Origin: an uncultured Alphaproteobacteria bacterium
GTDB taxonomy: Bacteria; Pseudomonadota; Alphaproteobacteria; UBA7985; CAJQQZ01
Length of the DNA stretch: 64,000 nucleotides
Reading direction: 5' to 3'
Assembly: GCA_905480575.1 (NCBI GenBank)
Contig: CAJQQZ010000046.1
Location: forward strand, 556 to 64,555
Numbering within the stretch: the first letter of the stretch is position 1; every line of letters starts with the position of its first letter. The notes beneath the pieces were generated by a model, which was not told the DNA's origin, did not search any database, and was given only the letters and a program-made list of their open reading frames with translations. Both the position numbers and the translations under genes were made by a program. Of the stretch, positions 10,301 to 19,843 are shown piece after piece.

Positions 10301-11131
10301 ACCGATACGCTCGAGAATATCGTTGGGTTTTACGCCCGTTTCTCTTAGATGTTTCAGGGTTACTGCTTCATTTCTCTTAGCAAAACGCCTCCCCTCTTCA
10401 TCCAGAATGAGGGAATGATGCTCCCAAACCGGAACCGGCAGACCTAACAGGGCCTGAAGCAATCTATGCAGGTGACTTGCATGGAACAGATCTTCGCCCC
10501 TTGTGACGAGTGTAATGCCCTGCGCTGCATCATCGACCGTAACGGCCAGATGGTAAGAGGTTGGTATGTCTTTACGCACTAAAACAACGTCGCCCAATAC
10601 AGATGGGTTGGCAGCAATCTCACCAACATTTCTGTCGATCCATATCAATGGACCAGCCGCTTCTTGTGCTTCCTTCATTTTCAGGCGAAACGCATGGAGC
10701 TGCCCTTCCGCAATCCGTTGCCCACGCTCGCTCTCGGTCAAATGACGACATGTTCCTGGGTATAGCCAACCTTCGGGGCCGTGTGGGGCATTGGCCGCTG
10801 CTTGTACTTCTCTCTCAACGTCTTTTCGGGTGCAGAAACATGGGTAGAGCAATCCCTGGGCTTGGAGAATCGTCAGTGCCTTTTTGTAGTGAATGAGCCG
10901 GCCTGACTGTCTGAGCGGTGCAGTTTCCCAATCAATCCCAAGCCAGTTAAGATCTTCGATAATCGCTGTTTCAAATTCTGGTTTACATCGCCCGATATCA
11001 ATGTCTTCAAGCCGCAGGATGAAGTTGGATGGCTCGCGGCCTGCTCTTTCCCAAGCAAAGAGTGCCGAGTAGGCGTGTCCCAGATGGAGTAATCCACTGG
11101 GACTGGGTGCAAATCTCGTTTTAGATATCAT
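10295..11131 (-). CDS. gluQ: tRNA glutamyl-Q(34) synthetase GluQRS
   Basis: RFAPSPSGLLHLGH, LRLEDID, YPCFCTR and YHLAVTVDD motifs; short, with no anticodon-binding domain. Confidence 0.92.
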   Translation of the reverse strand: MISKTRFAPSPSGLLHLGHAYSALFAWERAGREPSNFILRLEDIDIGRCKPEFETAIIEDLNWLGIDWETAPLRQSGRLIHYKKALTILQAQGLLYPCFCTRKDVEREVQAAANAPHGPEGWLYPGTCRHLTESERGQRIAEGQLHAFRLKMKEAQEAAGPLIWIDRNVGEIAANPSVLGDVVLVRKDIPTSYHLAVTVDDAAQGITLVTRGEDLFHASHLHRLLQALLGLPVPVWEHHSLILDEEGRRFAKRNEAVTLKHLRETGVKPNDILERIGL

Positions 11132-12287
11132 TCCGGTCGAGATAGTTTGCAATCTTTCTCAAGGCAGGTTCCAGCCGCTCTGGTGAAATAGCGTAACAAA
11201 GACGTAAATAATTTTCGTTGCCAGGGCCAAAGGTATAGCCTGCTGCAACGCCGACATGTTCGCTATGAAGAATACCCCTGGCGAGATCCAGTCCACTGCT
11301 TTTCATTTCCACCTTTGGGAAGGCATAGAATGCACCTTTGGGCTCCAAGAGGTGCACACGAGAATGTCCCCCGATTATGTCCATGACCATTTCTCGATTT
11401 TGCATGCACCGAGCATTGAAACGAGCGAGGAAGTCTTCACCTTCTTCGAGAGCAGCGACACCGCCATATTGAATAAAGGCGGTGGCTCCCGTGTTCATAC
11501 ACTCTGAGAAAACTGCCATTTGATCAGCCATGCCCGCTGGCGTTATCATCCAGCCCAAACGCCAACCTGTCATGGCCCAGGCTTTAGAAAATCCATTGAC
11601 GATAAAGACTGGATCTTCATCAGATGCGATTTCCATGAATGAGGGTGCAACGGTTGAACCGTCGTAAAGATTACGGTGGTAGACTTCGTCAGAGATGATG
11701 CCAAAACCCTTCTGCCTACTGAGGGCTAACATTTCTTTTTGCTGCTCTCCTGACATCACCCAACCGGTTGGGTTTGACGGCGTGTTGATATAGATCGCCT
11801 TTGTTTTTGGCGTTACGGCACTCTTGATTTTCTCCATGTCGAGGAACCACTGGCCGTCCTGTTCTTCCAAACGAACATCAACAGCAGTCGCACCGATCAT
11901 CTGAACTGCTGACAAAGCATTGGGCCAGAAAGGTGAGATCATAATGATCTCATCGCCTTTTTCGACAAGAGCCATCATCGACATATAAACGCTCAACATA
12001 GTAGAGCCCGGGACTGTTATGCGGTCGGGATCAAGATCGATTGCATATAGTTTGTCCAGGTATGTCTTTAAGGCATCTCGAAGCGGCATATGCCCACGGG
12101 CATAGTTGTACTTTGTCATCCCTCTATCAAGCGCGTCCTTTGCGGCTTGATTGATGAAATCCGGTGTATCGAGATCACTTTCCCCAAACCACAATGGAAC
12201 AGTGTCTGGAATGCTGAAACCCTCGAGCGCTATCCGCGTGATGCCAGAAAGCTCGAGATCCGTTATTTCAGGTCTGATGATTGCCAT
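11121..12287 (-). CDS. PLP-dependent aminotransferase class I/II
   Basis: NTPSNPTG, SDEVY, NGFSKAWAMTGWRLGW and GAFY motifs. Confidence 0.92.
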   Translation of the reverse strand: MAIIRPEITDLELSGITRIALEGFSIPDTVPLWFGESDLDTPDFINQAAKDALDRGMTKYNYARGHMPLRDALKTYLDKLYAIDLDPDRITVPGSTMLSVYMSMMALVEKGDEIIMISPFWPNALSAVQMIGATAVDVRLEEQDGQWFLDMEKIKSAVTPKTKAIYINTPSNPTGWVMSGEQQKEMLALSRQKGFGIISDEVYHRNLYDGSTVAPSFMEIASDEDPVFIVNGFSKAWAMTGWRLGWMITPAGMADQMAVFSECMNTGATAFIQYGGVAALEEGEDFLARFNARCMQNREMVMDIIGGHSRVHLLEPKGAFYAFPKVEMKSSGLDLARGILHSEHVGVAAGYTFGPGNENYLRLCYAISPERLEPALRKIANYLDRNDI

Positions 12288-12292
12288 TTGGT

Positions 12293-14947
12293 TTATCCGG
12301 CCAGACTTGCTTTTAGGGCAGCCAAAGCTTCATCCGACTTTGATCCGTCCGGACCTCCGGCTTGTGCCATGTCTGGGCGTCCGCCCCCGCCTTTGCCACC
12401 TAACGCAGCCGAAGCGACGCGAACAAGATCCACAGCCGAATGGTTGGCAGTTTGATCTTCGGTCACCCCGACGACAACCGATGCCTTTCCCTCTGATACA
12501 GAAATGAGCGCAACAACGCCGGAACCGATCTGCTTTTTGATTTCATCGGCCATACTCTTGAGATCTTTGGCAGGCACGTCTTCTAGAACTTTGCCGGAAA
12601 ACTTGATGCCGTTGATTTCTTTCACTTCAACACCTGACCCGCTACCGCCACCAGTTGCTAGCTTCTTGCGCAAGTTGGCAACTTCGCGTTCGAGTTTTTT
12701 GCGTTCTTCCAAAAGCGACGAAACTCTGTCTGGCAGTTCTGCAGGTGTTACTTTCAGGCTATATGACATTTCGCCCAAAAGCGCGCTATCACGATTGAAG
12801 GCGTCCAAAGCTGCTTGTCCTGCCACAGCCTCGACACGGCGTACCCCAGCTGCAAGCCCCTCTTCGCGGACGAGTTTCACAAGGCCTATATCACCCGTTC
12901 TGGAGACATGTGTCCCGCCGCAAAGTTCCGTTGAAAAGAAACGACCAGCTTCTTTATCTGAGTCCTGTCCGCCCATTGATACAACCCGTACTTCATCGCC
13001 GTACTTCTCGCCAAACAGAGCCATCGCTCCTTCTTCAATGGCTTCATCGGGTGTCATCAGACGCGTGGTTACTTCAGAATTGTCAAGCACGCGCTCATTG
13101 ACCATACGCTCAACGTCGGCAATTTCCTCCCTCGTCATTGGCTTCGTGTGACTAAAATCAAATCGCAATCGGTCTGACGCCACCATAGAACCTTTTTGGG
13201 CAACGTGGTCACCCAAGAACCGGCGGAGCGCTTCATGCATCAGATGGGTTGCCGAATGGTGTTGACGCAGCGCAGAACGACGTCCGTGGTCCACGCTCAA
13301 CTCAACGGCATCACTAACGGAAAGCTTTCCGGAAGTAACGGTCCCACTATGGATCCATAGATCGCCTAATTTCTTCTGTGTTTCCTCCACAGTGATAGTC
13401 GTGTCACCGGATACCAGTTGCCCACTATCGCCTTGTTGACCACCTGACTCACCATAGAATGGCGTTTGATTGAGGATCACTTCAACGCGGTCACCTTGGC
13501 TCACATGGTCAACACGCTTGCCGTCGACAACCAAAGCTAAGACTTGGCCTTCCGCTTTCTCTGTGGTGTATCCGAGGAATTCCGTTGCACCCAGTTCTTC
13601 ACGAAGTTCGAACCAAAGTGTTTCTGTTGCTGCCCCTCCAGATCCCTTCCAGGCAGCGCGCGCGGCAGATTTTTGAGCATCCATTGCAGCATTGAAACCA
13701 TCTTCGTCCAGGCCACGTTCCTGCCCCCTAAGAATGTCTTGTGTCAGATCGAGCGGGAACCCGAATGTATCGTAAAGTTTAAACGCAACTCCTCCAGGTA
13801 GAGTTTCACCATCACCGAGTTTGTCTGTTTCCTGATTTAGGAGATGCAATCCACGATCAAGCGTTGTTTTGAATCGATTTTCCTCAAGCTTCAACGTCTC
13901 TTCGATCAGTGACTGAGCTCGGCCCAACTCTTTAAAGTGGCCACCCATTTCGTCGACCAAGGCAGGCACCAACCTATACATCAATGGATCGGTGCAGCCA
14001 ATCAGATGCGCGTGGCGCATCGCACGACGCATGATACGTCTTAGAACATAGCCACGCCCTTCATTTGAGGGCAAAACCCCATCGGCAATCAAAAAGGATG
14101 AGGCACGCAGATGGTCAGCAATCACTCTATGCGATATGTTATGGTCGCCGTCGGGTTCAGTTCCAGACTTCTGTGCAGAGTCCTCAATGAGGGCTCGCAT
14201 TAAGTCGGTGTCGTAGTTGTCGTGCTTCCCCTGGAGCAGGGCTGAAACACGTTCAAGGCCCATGCCGGTGTCAACAGATGGCTTCGGTAGGTCTGTTCGC
14301 GTGCCACCTTCCTGCTTCTCATACTGCATGAAAACCAGGTTCCAGATTTCAATAAATCGGTCACCGTCTTCTTCTGCAGATCCCGGAGGCCCGCCCCAGA
14401 TCGAGGGCCCATGGTCGTAGAAAATCTCTGTACATGGTCCACATGGTCCTGTGTCACCCATGGACCAGAAGTTGTCGTCTGTCGCAATTCTGATTATTTT
14501 GTCATCGCTTAATCCAGCGATCTTTTTCCAGAAGGAAACAGCTTCTTCGTCATCGTGGTAGACTGTGACGAGAAGCTTTTCTTTATCAAGCTCAAAGTCT
14601 TTGGTCACCAAATTCCAGGCGAGCTCGATCGCTCGTTCCTTAAAATAATCACCGAAGGAGAAATTACCCAGCATTTCAAAGAAGGTGTGGTGCCTCGCCG
14701 TATGACCGACGTTCTCTAGGTCATTGTGCTTACCACCCGCACGTACGCATTTTTGTGATGTCGTCGCTCGATTATAATCCCGCTTTTCCTGACCAGTGAA
14801 AACATTTTTGAACTGTACCATTCCGGCGGCAGTGAACATCAAAGTTGGGTCGTTCAATGGCACGAGTGGCGAAGAGTCGATTACGGAATGACCGTTCTCT
14901 CCAAAATAGTCCAAAAATTTGGTGCGGATTTCGTTAGCGGAAATCAT
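12293..14947 (-). CDS. alaS: alanine--tRNA ligase
   Basis: [32 protein letters not shown] and ELCGGTH editing motifs, GGKGGG C-Ala domain. Confidence 0.99.
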   Translation of the reverse strand: MISANEIRTKFLDYFGENGHSVIDSSPLVPLNDPTLMFTAAGMVQFKNVFTGQEKRDYNRATTSQKCVRAGGKHNDLENVGHTARHHTFFEMLGNFSFGDYFKERAIELAWNLVTKDFELDKEKLLVTVYHDDEEAVSFWKKIAGLSDDKIIRIATDDNFWSMGDTGPCGPCTEIFYDHGPSIWGGPPGSAEEDGDRFIEIWNLVFMQYEKQEGGTRTDLPKPSVDTGMGLERVSALLQGKHDNYDTDLMRALIEDSAQKSGTEPDGDHNISHRVIADHLRASSFLIADGVLPSNEGRGYVLRRIMRRAMRHAHLIGCTDPLMYRLVPALVDEMGGHFKELGRAQSLIEETLKLEENRFKTTLDRGLHLLNQETDKLGDGETLPGGVAFKLYDTFGFPLDLTQDILRGQERGLDEDGFNAAMDAQKSAARAAWKGSGGAATETLWFELREELGATEFLGYTTEKAEGQVLALVVDGKRVDHVSQGDRVEVILNQTPFYGESGGQQGDSGQLVSGDTTITVEETQKKLGDLWIHSGTVTSGKLSVSDAVELSVDHGRRSALRQHHSATHLMHEALRRFLGDHVAQKGSMVASDRLRFDFSHTKPMTREEIADVERMVNERVLDNSEVTTRLMTPDEAIEEGAMALFGEKYGDEVRVVSMGGQDSDKEAGRFFSTELCGGTHVSRTGDIGLVKLVREEGLAAGVRRVEAVAGQAALDAFNRDSALLGEMSYSLKVTPAELPDRVSSLLEERKKLEREVANLRKKLATGGGSGSGVEVKEINGIKFSGKVLEDVPAKDLKSMADEIKKQIGSGVVALISVSEGKASVVVGVTEDQTANHSAVDLVRVASAALGGKGGGGRPDMAQAGGPDGSKSDEALAALKASLAG

Positions 14948-15070
14948 GTGAGCAGAGCCTTTATGAGTAGGTGTTCGTCGAAAAGAGCCTTGTTTTAGCG
15001 ATCTTTCCTAAAACTGTCTAGCAATCCCATGGGCATATTATCCCGAGATATGAAATGCTATATCCGCAAC

Positions 15071-15104
15071 AAAAAAGCGGCGAAACCCTGAGGCTTCGCC
15101 GCTT
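15071..15104 (-). terminator. rho-independent terminator downstream of recA
   Basis: Minus strand: AAGCGGCGAAGCC-TCAG-GGTTTCGCCGCTTTTTT. Confidence 0.8.
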
Positions 15105-15244
15105 CAAATTTGAGCCGACAACCGTCACTAAATAGAACGGTTTTCAGGATGTAAGAAACTGACTCTAACGAGAGCAAGCTTCTTGTGGAGTCAGGAAAAT
15201 TTTCTTTCTAACCCCACATCTATTTAGGTGCGCGAATCGGGAAA

Positions 15245-16318
15245 TCAAGAGTCTTCGCCGTCTAGGTCTCCAGGACCGTCAAGCAATGCGTCTGACAACA
15301 ACCCAGCGTTTCGGCGAATAGCGTCCTCAACCTTACCGGCTATCTCAGGGTTTTCCTTCAAGTACTTCTTAGCGTTCTCTCTTCCCTGGCCGATGCGTTC
15401 ATCAAAAGCAGAGAACCAGGAGCCAGACTTTTCAACCACGCCTGCATGAACACCAAGATCGAGCATCTCACCCAGTTTTGAAACACCCTCACCGTACATA
15501 ATGTCCAGTTCCACCTTACGGAAAGGAGGCGCCATTTTATTCTTAACAACTTTAATCGTGGTCTGGTTGCCGACAATTTGATCCTTGTCTTTGATTTGAC
15601 CTACCCGGCGAATATCGAGGCGTACCGAAGCGTAGAACTTCAGTGCGTTACCGCCAGTCGTTGTTTCTGGGTTACCAAACATAACACCAATCTTCATACG
15701 GAGCTGGTTAATGAAGATAACCATCGTTCCGGATTTATGAATAGACCCCGTCAGCTTTCTGAGTGCCTGGCTCATCAGGCGAGCTTGCAGACCTGGAAGA
15801 GAGGCTCCCATATCGCCTTCAAGTTCAGCACGAGGCACCAAAGCGGCAACGGAGTCAACAACAAGAACATCAACAGCACCAGAGCGCACCAATGTATCAG
15901 TAATCTCCAAAGACTGCTCACCTGTATCAGGTTGCGAAATCAGCAGATCATCTAGATTAACACCAAGCTTTTTGGCGTAAGAGGGATCGAGAGCATGCTC
16001 AGCATCAATGAAAGCACAAGTGCCGCCACTTTTCTGAGCTTCCGCAATAACATGTAACGCCAAAGTGGTTTTACCAGAACTTTCTGGGCCATAAACCTCA
16101 ACGATCCGCCCCTTTGGAAGACCACCAATACCGAGAGCGATATCGAGCCCCAGGCTACCGGTTGAAATCACTTCAGCTTCTACAGCTGGATTAGAGGCCC
16201 CTAGCTTCATGATCGAGCCTTTACCAAAGGCCTTCTCAATTTGGCTAATCGCAGCGCCTAGCGCTTTATCTTTATTACTATCGTCCATTTCAACCAGCCT
16301 TAAATCCGCTTGTCCCAT
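15245..16318 (-). CDS. recA: recombinase RecA
   Basis: [45 protein letters not shown] motifs. Confidence 0.99.
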   Translation of the reverse strand: MGQADLRLVEMDDSNKDKALGAAISQIEKAFGKGSIMKLGASNPAVEAEVISTGSLGLDIALGIGGLPKGRIVEVYGPESSGKTTLALHVIAEAQKSGGTCAFIDAEHALDPSYAKKLGVNLDDLLISQPDTGEQSLEITDTLVRSGAVDVLVVDSVAALVPRAELEGDMGASLPGLQARLMSQALRKLTGSIHKSGTMVIFINQLRMKIGVMFGNPETTTGGNALKFYASVRLDIRRVGQIKDKDQIVGNQTTIKVVKNKMAPPFRKVELDIMYGEGVSKLGEMLDLGVHAGVVEKSGSWFSAFDERIGQGRENAKKYLKENPEIAGKVEDAIRRNAGLLSDALLDGPGDLDGEDS

Positions 16319-16395
16319 GATGTGCTCCTCTTATTTCATGGCCACTAATAGATGGCAATTTAAAATCGATTCGGTTTTGTAAGGAGCCAATATTT

Positions 16396-16441
16396 GTACC
16401 TCTTTTGTCCCAAAGTCAATTGAAAAGAACAAAAAGAGTAC
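16396..16441. promoter_or_regulatory. pair of alphaproteobacterial LexA (SOS) boxes upstream of recA
   Basis: GTAC-N7-GTCC at 16396-16410 and GAAC-N7-GTAC at 16427-16441, matching the GAAC-N7-GAAC/GTAC direct-repeat box. Confidence 0.8.
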
Positions 16442-16495
16442 AAATTCGAAATTTTATGTAGCTTGGCAAAGAACAGGGGGGCTACACCAGAAACG

Positions 16496-16915
16496 TTAGT
16501 CGTCTCGGTGTAGCTTTTCGTTCTTCTCGTGCTTCTCTTGTGCTTCGAGCGTCATTGTCGCTATAGGCCGAGCTTCTAGACGAGCGAGTTCAATAGGCTC
16601 GTCGGTATGCTCGCAGTAGCCATAGCTTTCATCCTCGATACGGCGCAGAGCGGCATCGATTTTAGAAATTAGCTTTCGAACACGATCTTTGGTGCGTAGT
16701 TCAAGAGCATGCCCAGTTTCTAGCGTCGCGCGATCCCCCATTTCAGCGGCCGAGAGATTCTCTTCCTTGAGATGGTGAATGGTCTCGCTCGAACTTTCAA
16801 GCAACTCGTCTTTCCACGTTTGAAGCTTTGCCTGGAAATAGGCCAGCTGCACGGGATTCATAAAGGGCTCGTCTGCACTCGGACGATAATCGTGAGGTAC
16901 GGTCGGCAACGACAT
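16496..16915 (-). CDS. dksA: RNA polymerase-binding protein DksA (alphaproteobacterial, single Cys)
   Basis: YRPSADEPFMNP, LRTKDRVRKLISKIDAAL and YGYCEHTDEPI..RLEARP motifs. Confidence 0.93.
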   Translation of the reverse strand: MSLPTVPHDYRPSADEPFMNPVQLAYFQAKLQTWKDELLESSSETIHHLKEENLSAAEMGDRATLETGHALELRTKDRVRKLISKIDAALRRIEDESYGYCEHTDEPIELARLEARPIATMTLEAQEKHEKNEKLHRDD

Positions 16916-17107
16916 CAAAAATAATCCTGCGAACTCAAAAAGTATCTCGTCAAACCTAGCGCGTTAGCGCTGCATTCCAATGGGCTTCAAGCCTAACTTT
17001 ACTCAACGGTCAAGTAGAAATTTCAGCCTTTTGGGCAGAGCATGGTCTTTTCAAAAGGAAGTGAGGCACCGAACTGGGAAATATGAGCCTTTCAGTTTTG
17101 TTCAGGT

Positions 17108-17225
17108 GATTCGCGCGATGTCGATTTGCGGAAGACGTAGCGAATCCGACTCTCTCGATTCTTTTTTTGCGAATTGCGACGCAAACGCGGTTTTTCAAAC
17201 CCGACTCCTTAGCATTGTCGGAATC
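17108..17225. promoter_or_regulatory. cluster of six GANTC (CcrM methylation) sites in an intergenic region
   Basis: GATTC 17108, GAATC 17142, GACTC 17148, GATTC 17157, GACTC 17203, GAATC 17221. Confidence 0.55.
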
Positions 17226-17321
17226 TGCTTGAAGTCACGTCACCTGTGGCTAAACTATTGGGAATTAATATATTTTGAGACCAACAGCCTTATTTTGGCT
17301 GATACTTTTAGGCCGACATTA

Positions 17322-18650
17322 ATGAAGAAAAAACTTTCATTTCAAGAGACTTTTTCCGTCTCGAAGAAAGCTGCATTTTTAGTAACTACGGTTTTCTTAT
17401 CAAACTCCCTCGTAAGCGTAAGTCATGCAGACCGTTCTGATTTTGTCTTGTCGGACAACATTTGGAATTCATCAACCTCATCACCAGCGCCAATTTATGA
17501 GAGCCTGGATAGTGATCGTTATTCTGCGCCCTCACAGGATTCTTACCAAGCGCCCCAGCCTCAATCTTTGGCAAATGCTCCCACAATTGGTAACTCCAGA
17601 CCCTATTCGGGCATTCCTTCAAAGGTATGGCACGCAACTGGTGATTTGACGACCTATGTCCCACCAAAGCCTCAATATGACGGTTCGTTGGCGCAGCCCG
17701 ATCCAAATCTGTCCAAAAGCTGGCCAGACTTGCCTGTCGTTCAAGCCGCTCCGCTGCCGCCCGATCCAACCTTTGTTACCCAGGAACCTCTACGCAAGTT
17801 CCATCTCCCAGTTGAGCCACAGCCTGTTAGGATTCCTCAAGCTCAGCCTGAACCAAAGCCGCAAAAAATAGCCAGCTGGGGAAGCTTTAACTTTGGCGCG
17901 ACATCAAACAAGGGCCGAAAGTCTCAACCACGGTTGGAAACTAATTGGGGCAAGAAATCACGGCAGGTCGTGAATACCCCTCCCACCACTGGAGCAGAAC
18001 CCCAATATCGTTCGGGTACGGCCTATTTAAATGAGGAATTGCCGGCGGTCGAAACTGCGCGTCCGGTTCCAAAAGATGCTTATACTATTCAGAGCTATTA
18101 CACACCGAACTGGGTCATTGATCAAAAAGTTCGCGATCATGTGTGGAACAGCCGGACCGGAAACTGGGTTTCAGAAGCTCCTTCTCCAGCCGAAGTCGTT
18201 ACTGCTTTGGCCTATGGCTATCAGCCTCCCGGCGGCGACGGGTACAACCTAATTGGTTCCCCAAACGAGATCGCTATTGTTAACGACAGTATTCGCGACC
18301 TTAGCCCGGCGCAACTCGCTTCTAACGAACCCGTCGCTTCTGGCGACATGGCGAAGCTGGTCCACGCCCGTCTCTATTCAGTGCCAATGGATCCACCGGC
18401 TCATTTCCTCCATGTTATTGGGCGCTTGGAAAGCACTTGTCGTGCTCCTGGTCCCGTTGGACAGTGGGAGAACGAAGGCAAGTCGATGGTGCAAATCCCT
18501 CTCATCGGTGCTTTACCGCCTTCTAACTATGCCTGCCAACAAACAAGAGTTTTGTTTGAGCGCTACATCCGTGTGGCCAATGTGCCAGCGAGCGCGAAGG
18601 ATGGCTCACATTTGGTCGTCATCAATGGAAGACAAATTCCTGTCCGTTAA
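17322..18650 (+). CDS. hypothetical secreted Pro/Gln/Ser-rich protein with a small C-terminal two-Cys beta domain
   Basis: From ATG 17322: MKKK..signal peptide ending SHA-D, long low-complexity region, C-terminal ..ESTC..YACQQ..LVVING; terminator follows. Confidence 0.65.
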   Translation: MKKKLSFQETFSVSKKAAFLVTTVFLSNSLVSVSHADRSDFVLSDNIWNSSTSSPAPIYESLDSDRYSAPSQDSYQAPQPQSLANAPTIGNSRPYSGIPSKVWHATGDLTTYVPPKPQYDGSLAQPDPNLSKSWPDLPVVQAAPLPPDPTFVTQEPLRKFHLPVEPQPVRIPQAQPEPKPQKIASWGSFNFGATSNKGRKSQPRLETNWGKKSRQVVNTPPTTGAEPQYRSGTAYLNEELPAVETARPVPKDAYTIQSYYTPNWVIDQKVRDHVWNSRTGNWVSEAPSPAEVVTALAYGYQPPGGDGYNLIGSPNEIAIVNDSIRDLSPAQLASNEPVASGDMAKLVHARLYSVPMDPPAHFLHVIGRLESTCRAPGPVGQWENEGKSMVQIPLIGALPPSNYACQQTRVLFERYIRVANVPASAKDGSHLVVINGRQIPVR

Positions 18651-18673
18651 GAAAACGGTTTAGGACAATTGTT

Positions 18674-18713
18674 AAACGGCTTTGAGTCCCTGCAACTCAG
18701 AGCCGTTTTTTTT
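18674..18713 (+). terminator. rho-independent terminator between convergent genes
   Basis: AAACGGCTTTGAGT-CCCTGCA-ACTCAGAGCCGTTTTTTTT. Confidence 0.8.
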
Positions 18714-18720
18714 GTGGTCT

Positions 18721-19479
18721 TCAATGACTAAGTGCCAATTGGAAAAATACGAATGAGAGAACCCCAAGCGTCATCGTAATGGCGACGAGAGAACGCGACC
18801 CTTGTTCAAGCGCCTCTGGCACTAACTCTTCGAAAGTCATCCAGATCATTGCCCCAGCTGCCAATCCAAGCCCGATAGGCAGGAAGGGCTTAAAAACAAT
18901 CATCAATAGAAAGGCCGGGACCGCGAGCAGAGGTTGGGGCAAACTCGTAAACACCGCCCAGGCCGCTGATTTCCAAATAGAAACACCCCTTGGTATCAAG
19001 ATTAAGGCGATCGCCAAACCTTCTGGAATGTTATGAAGGGCAATCGCCACTGTCACCAAAACACCAAATTCAACCGTGTTGCCAAATGAGACCCCCACCG
19101 AAATACCTTCAGCCGCGGAATGCACAGTCATGATGCCAAGAATGAACAGAATTTTCTTAAAATCTGCCTGGCTCACCCCTTCTATTGTTTGATCGGCTCC
19201 CCCGCTTTTCATTAGGATTCGATTTCCCAGAACAACCAGCATCAATCCAAGAACAGCTCCCAAGATGGTTTTCCATGAGCTGAATTCTGCTCCCTCGTCC
19301 AACAACGAAAAAGAAGCCGACAACATCAGAGCAGCAGCGAGCGAATTTGCAATGGCCATCTGCCTCTTCGATAATTTTTCCACGAATAGGAATGGCAAAA
19401 CCCCCAGCCCGGTTGCGATTGCGGTGATGCAAGCAAGGAGAAATACGTCTACTGATTCTTGAAACATGATTCCCACCAT
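18721..19479 (-). CDS. ZIP family metal (zinc) transporter, ZupT/GufA-like
   Basis: HSAAEGISVG and IALHNIPEGLAI motifs; about 8 TM helices. Confidence 0.9.
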   Translation of the reverse strand: MVGIMFQESVDVFLLACITAIATGLGVLPFLFVEKLSKRQMAIANSLAAALMLSASFSLLDEGAEFSSWKTILGAVLGLMLVVLGNRILMKSGGADQTIEGVSQADFKKILFILGIMTVHSAAEGISVGVSFGNTVEFGVLVTVAIALHNIPEGLAIALILIPRGVSIWKSAAWAVFTSLPQPLLAVPAFLLMIVFKPFLPIGLGLAAGAMIWMTFEELVPEALEQGSRSLVAITMTLGVLSFVFFQLALSH

Positions 19480-19639
19480 TTAGAATGATTCTAAACTAGT
19501 GCACAGCCCCTTATCCGGCAAGCGAAAGCTGCCCGATAGCCTCTCCCCTGTTTTTGTCGCTAGGTAGTGCAAGTCTGTCGTAAACGATCTAAGCGCAAAA
19601 CACCCTTTTTGTGTTAAAACGCAGCCAAGAAAGAACCAT

Positions 19640-19843
19640 ATGTCCAATCCATTTCTCACACCTGGTGCATTCGTTATCAATCGCCTCGAACTTTCTTGGG
19701 GCTTGGGTCAGATCCAATCGGCCATTGGAAACAAAATCACTGTCAACTTTGAACAAGTTGGTAAGGTCGTCGTGAATTCGGACTATGTGAATCTAGAAAT
19801 AGTCGACGCAGAAGATAATAGCTGGAGAAGCCCTGATGCCTGA
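19640..19843 (+). CDS. DUF3553-like small protein
   Basis: PGAFV..WGLGQIQSAIGNKITVNFE..GKVV motif. Confidence 0.75.
   Translation: MSNPFLTPGAFVINRLELSWGLGQIQSAIGNKITVNFEQVGKVVVNSDYVNLEIVDAEDNSWRSPDA

Noticed and set aside
16980-17321. First 114 codons of the 556-aa ORF
   Set aside because: A signal peptide starts at MKKK (17322); the upstream part looks like promoter DNA.
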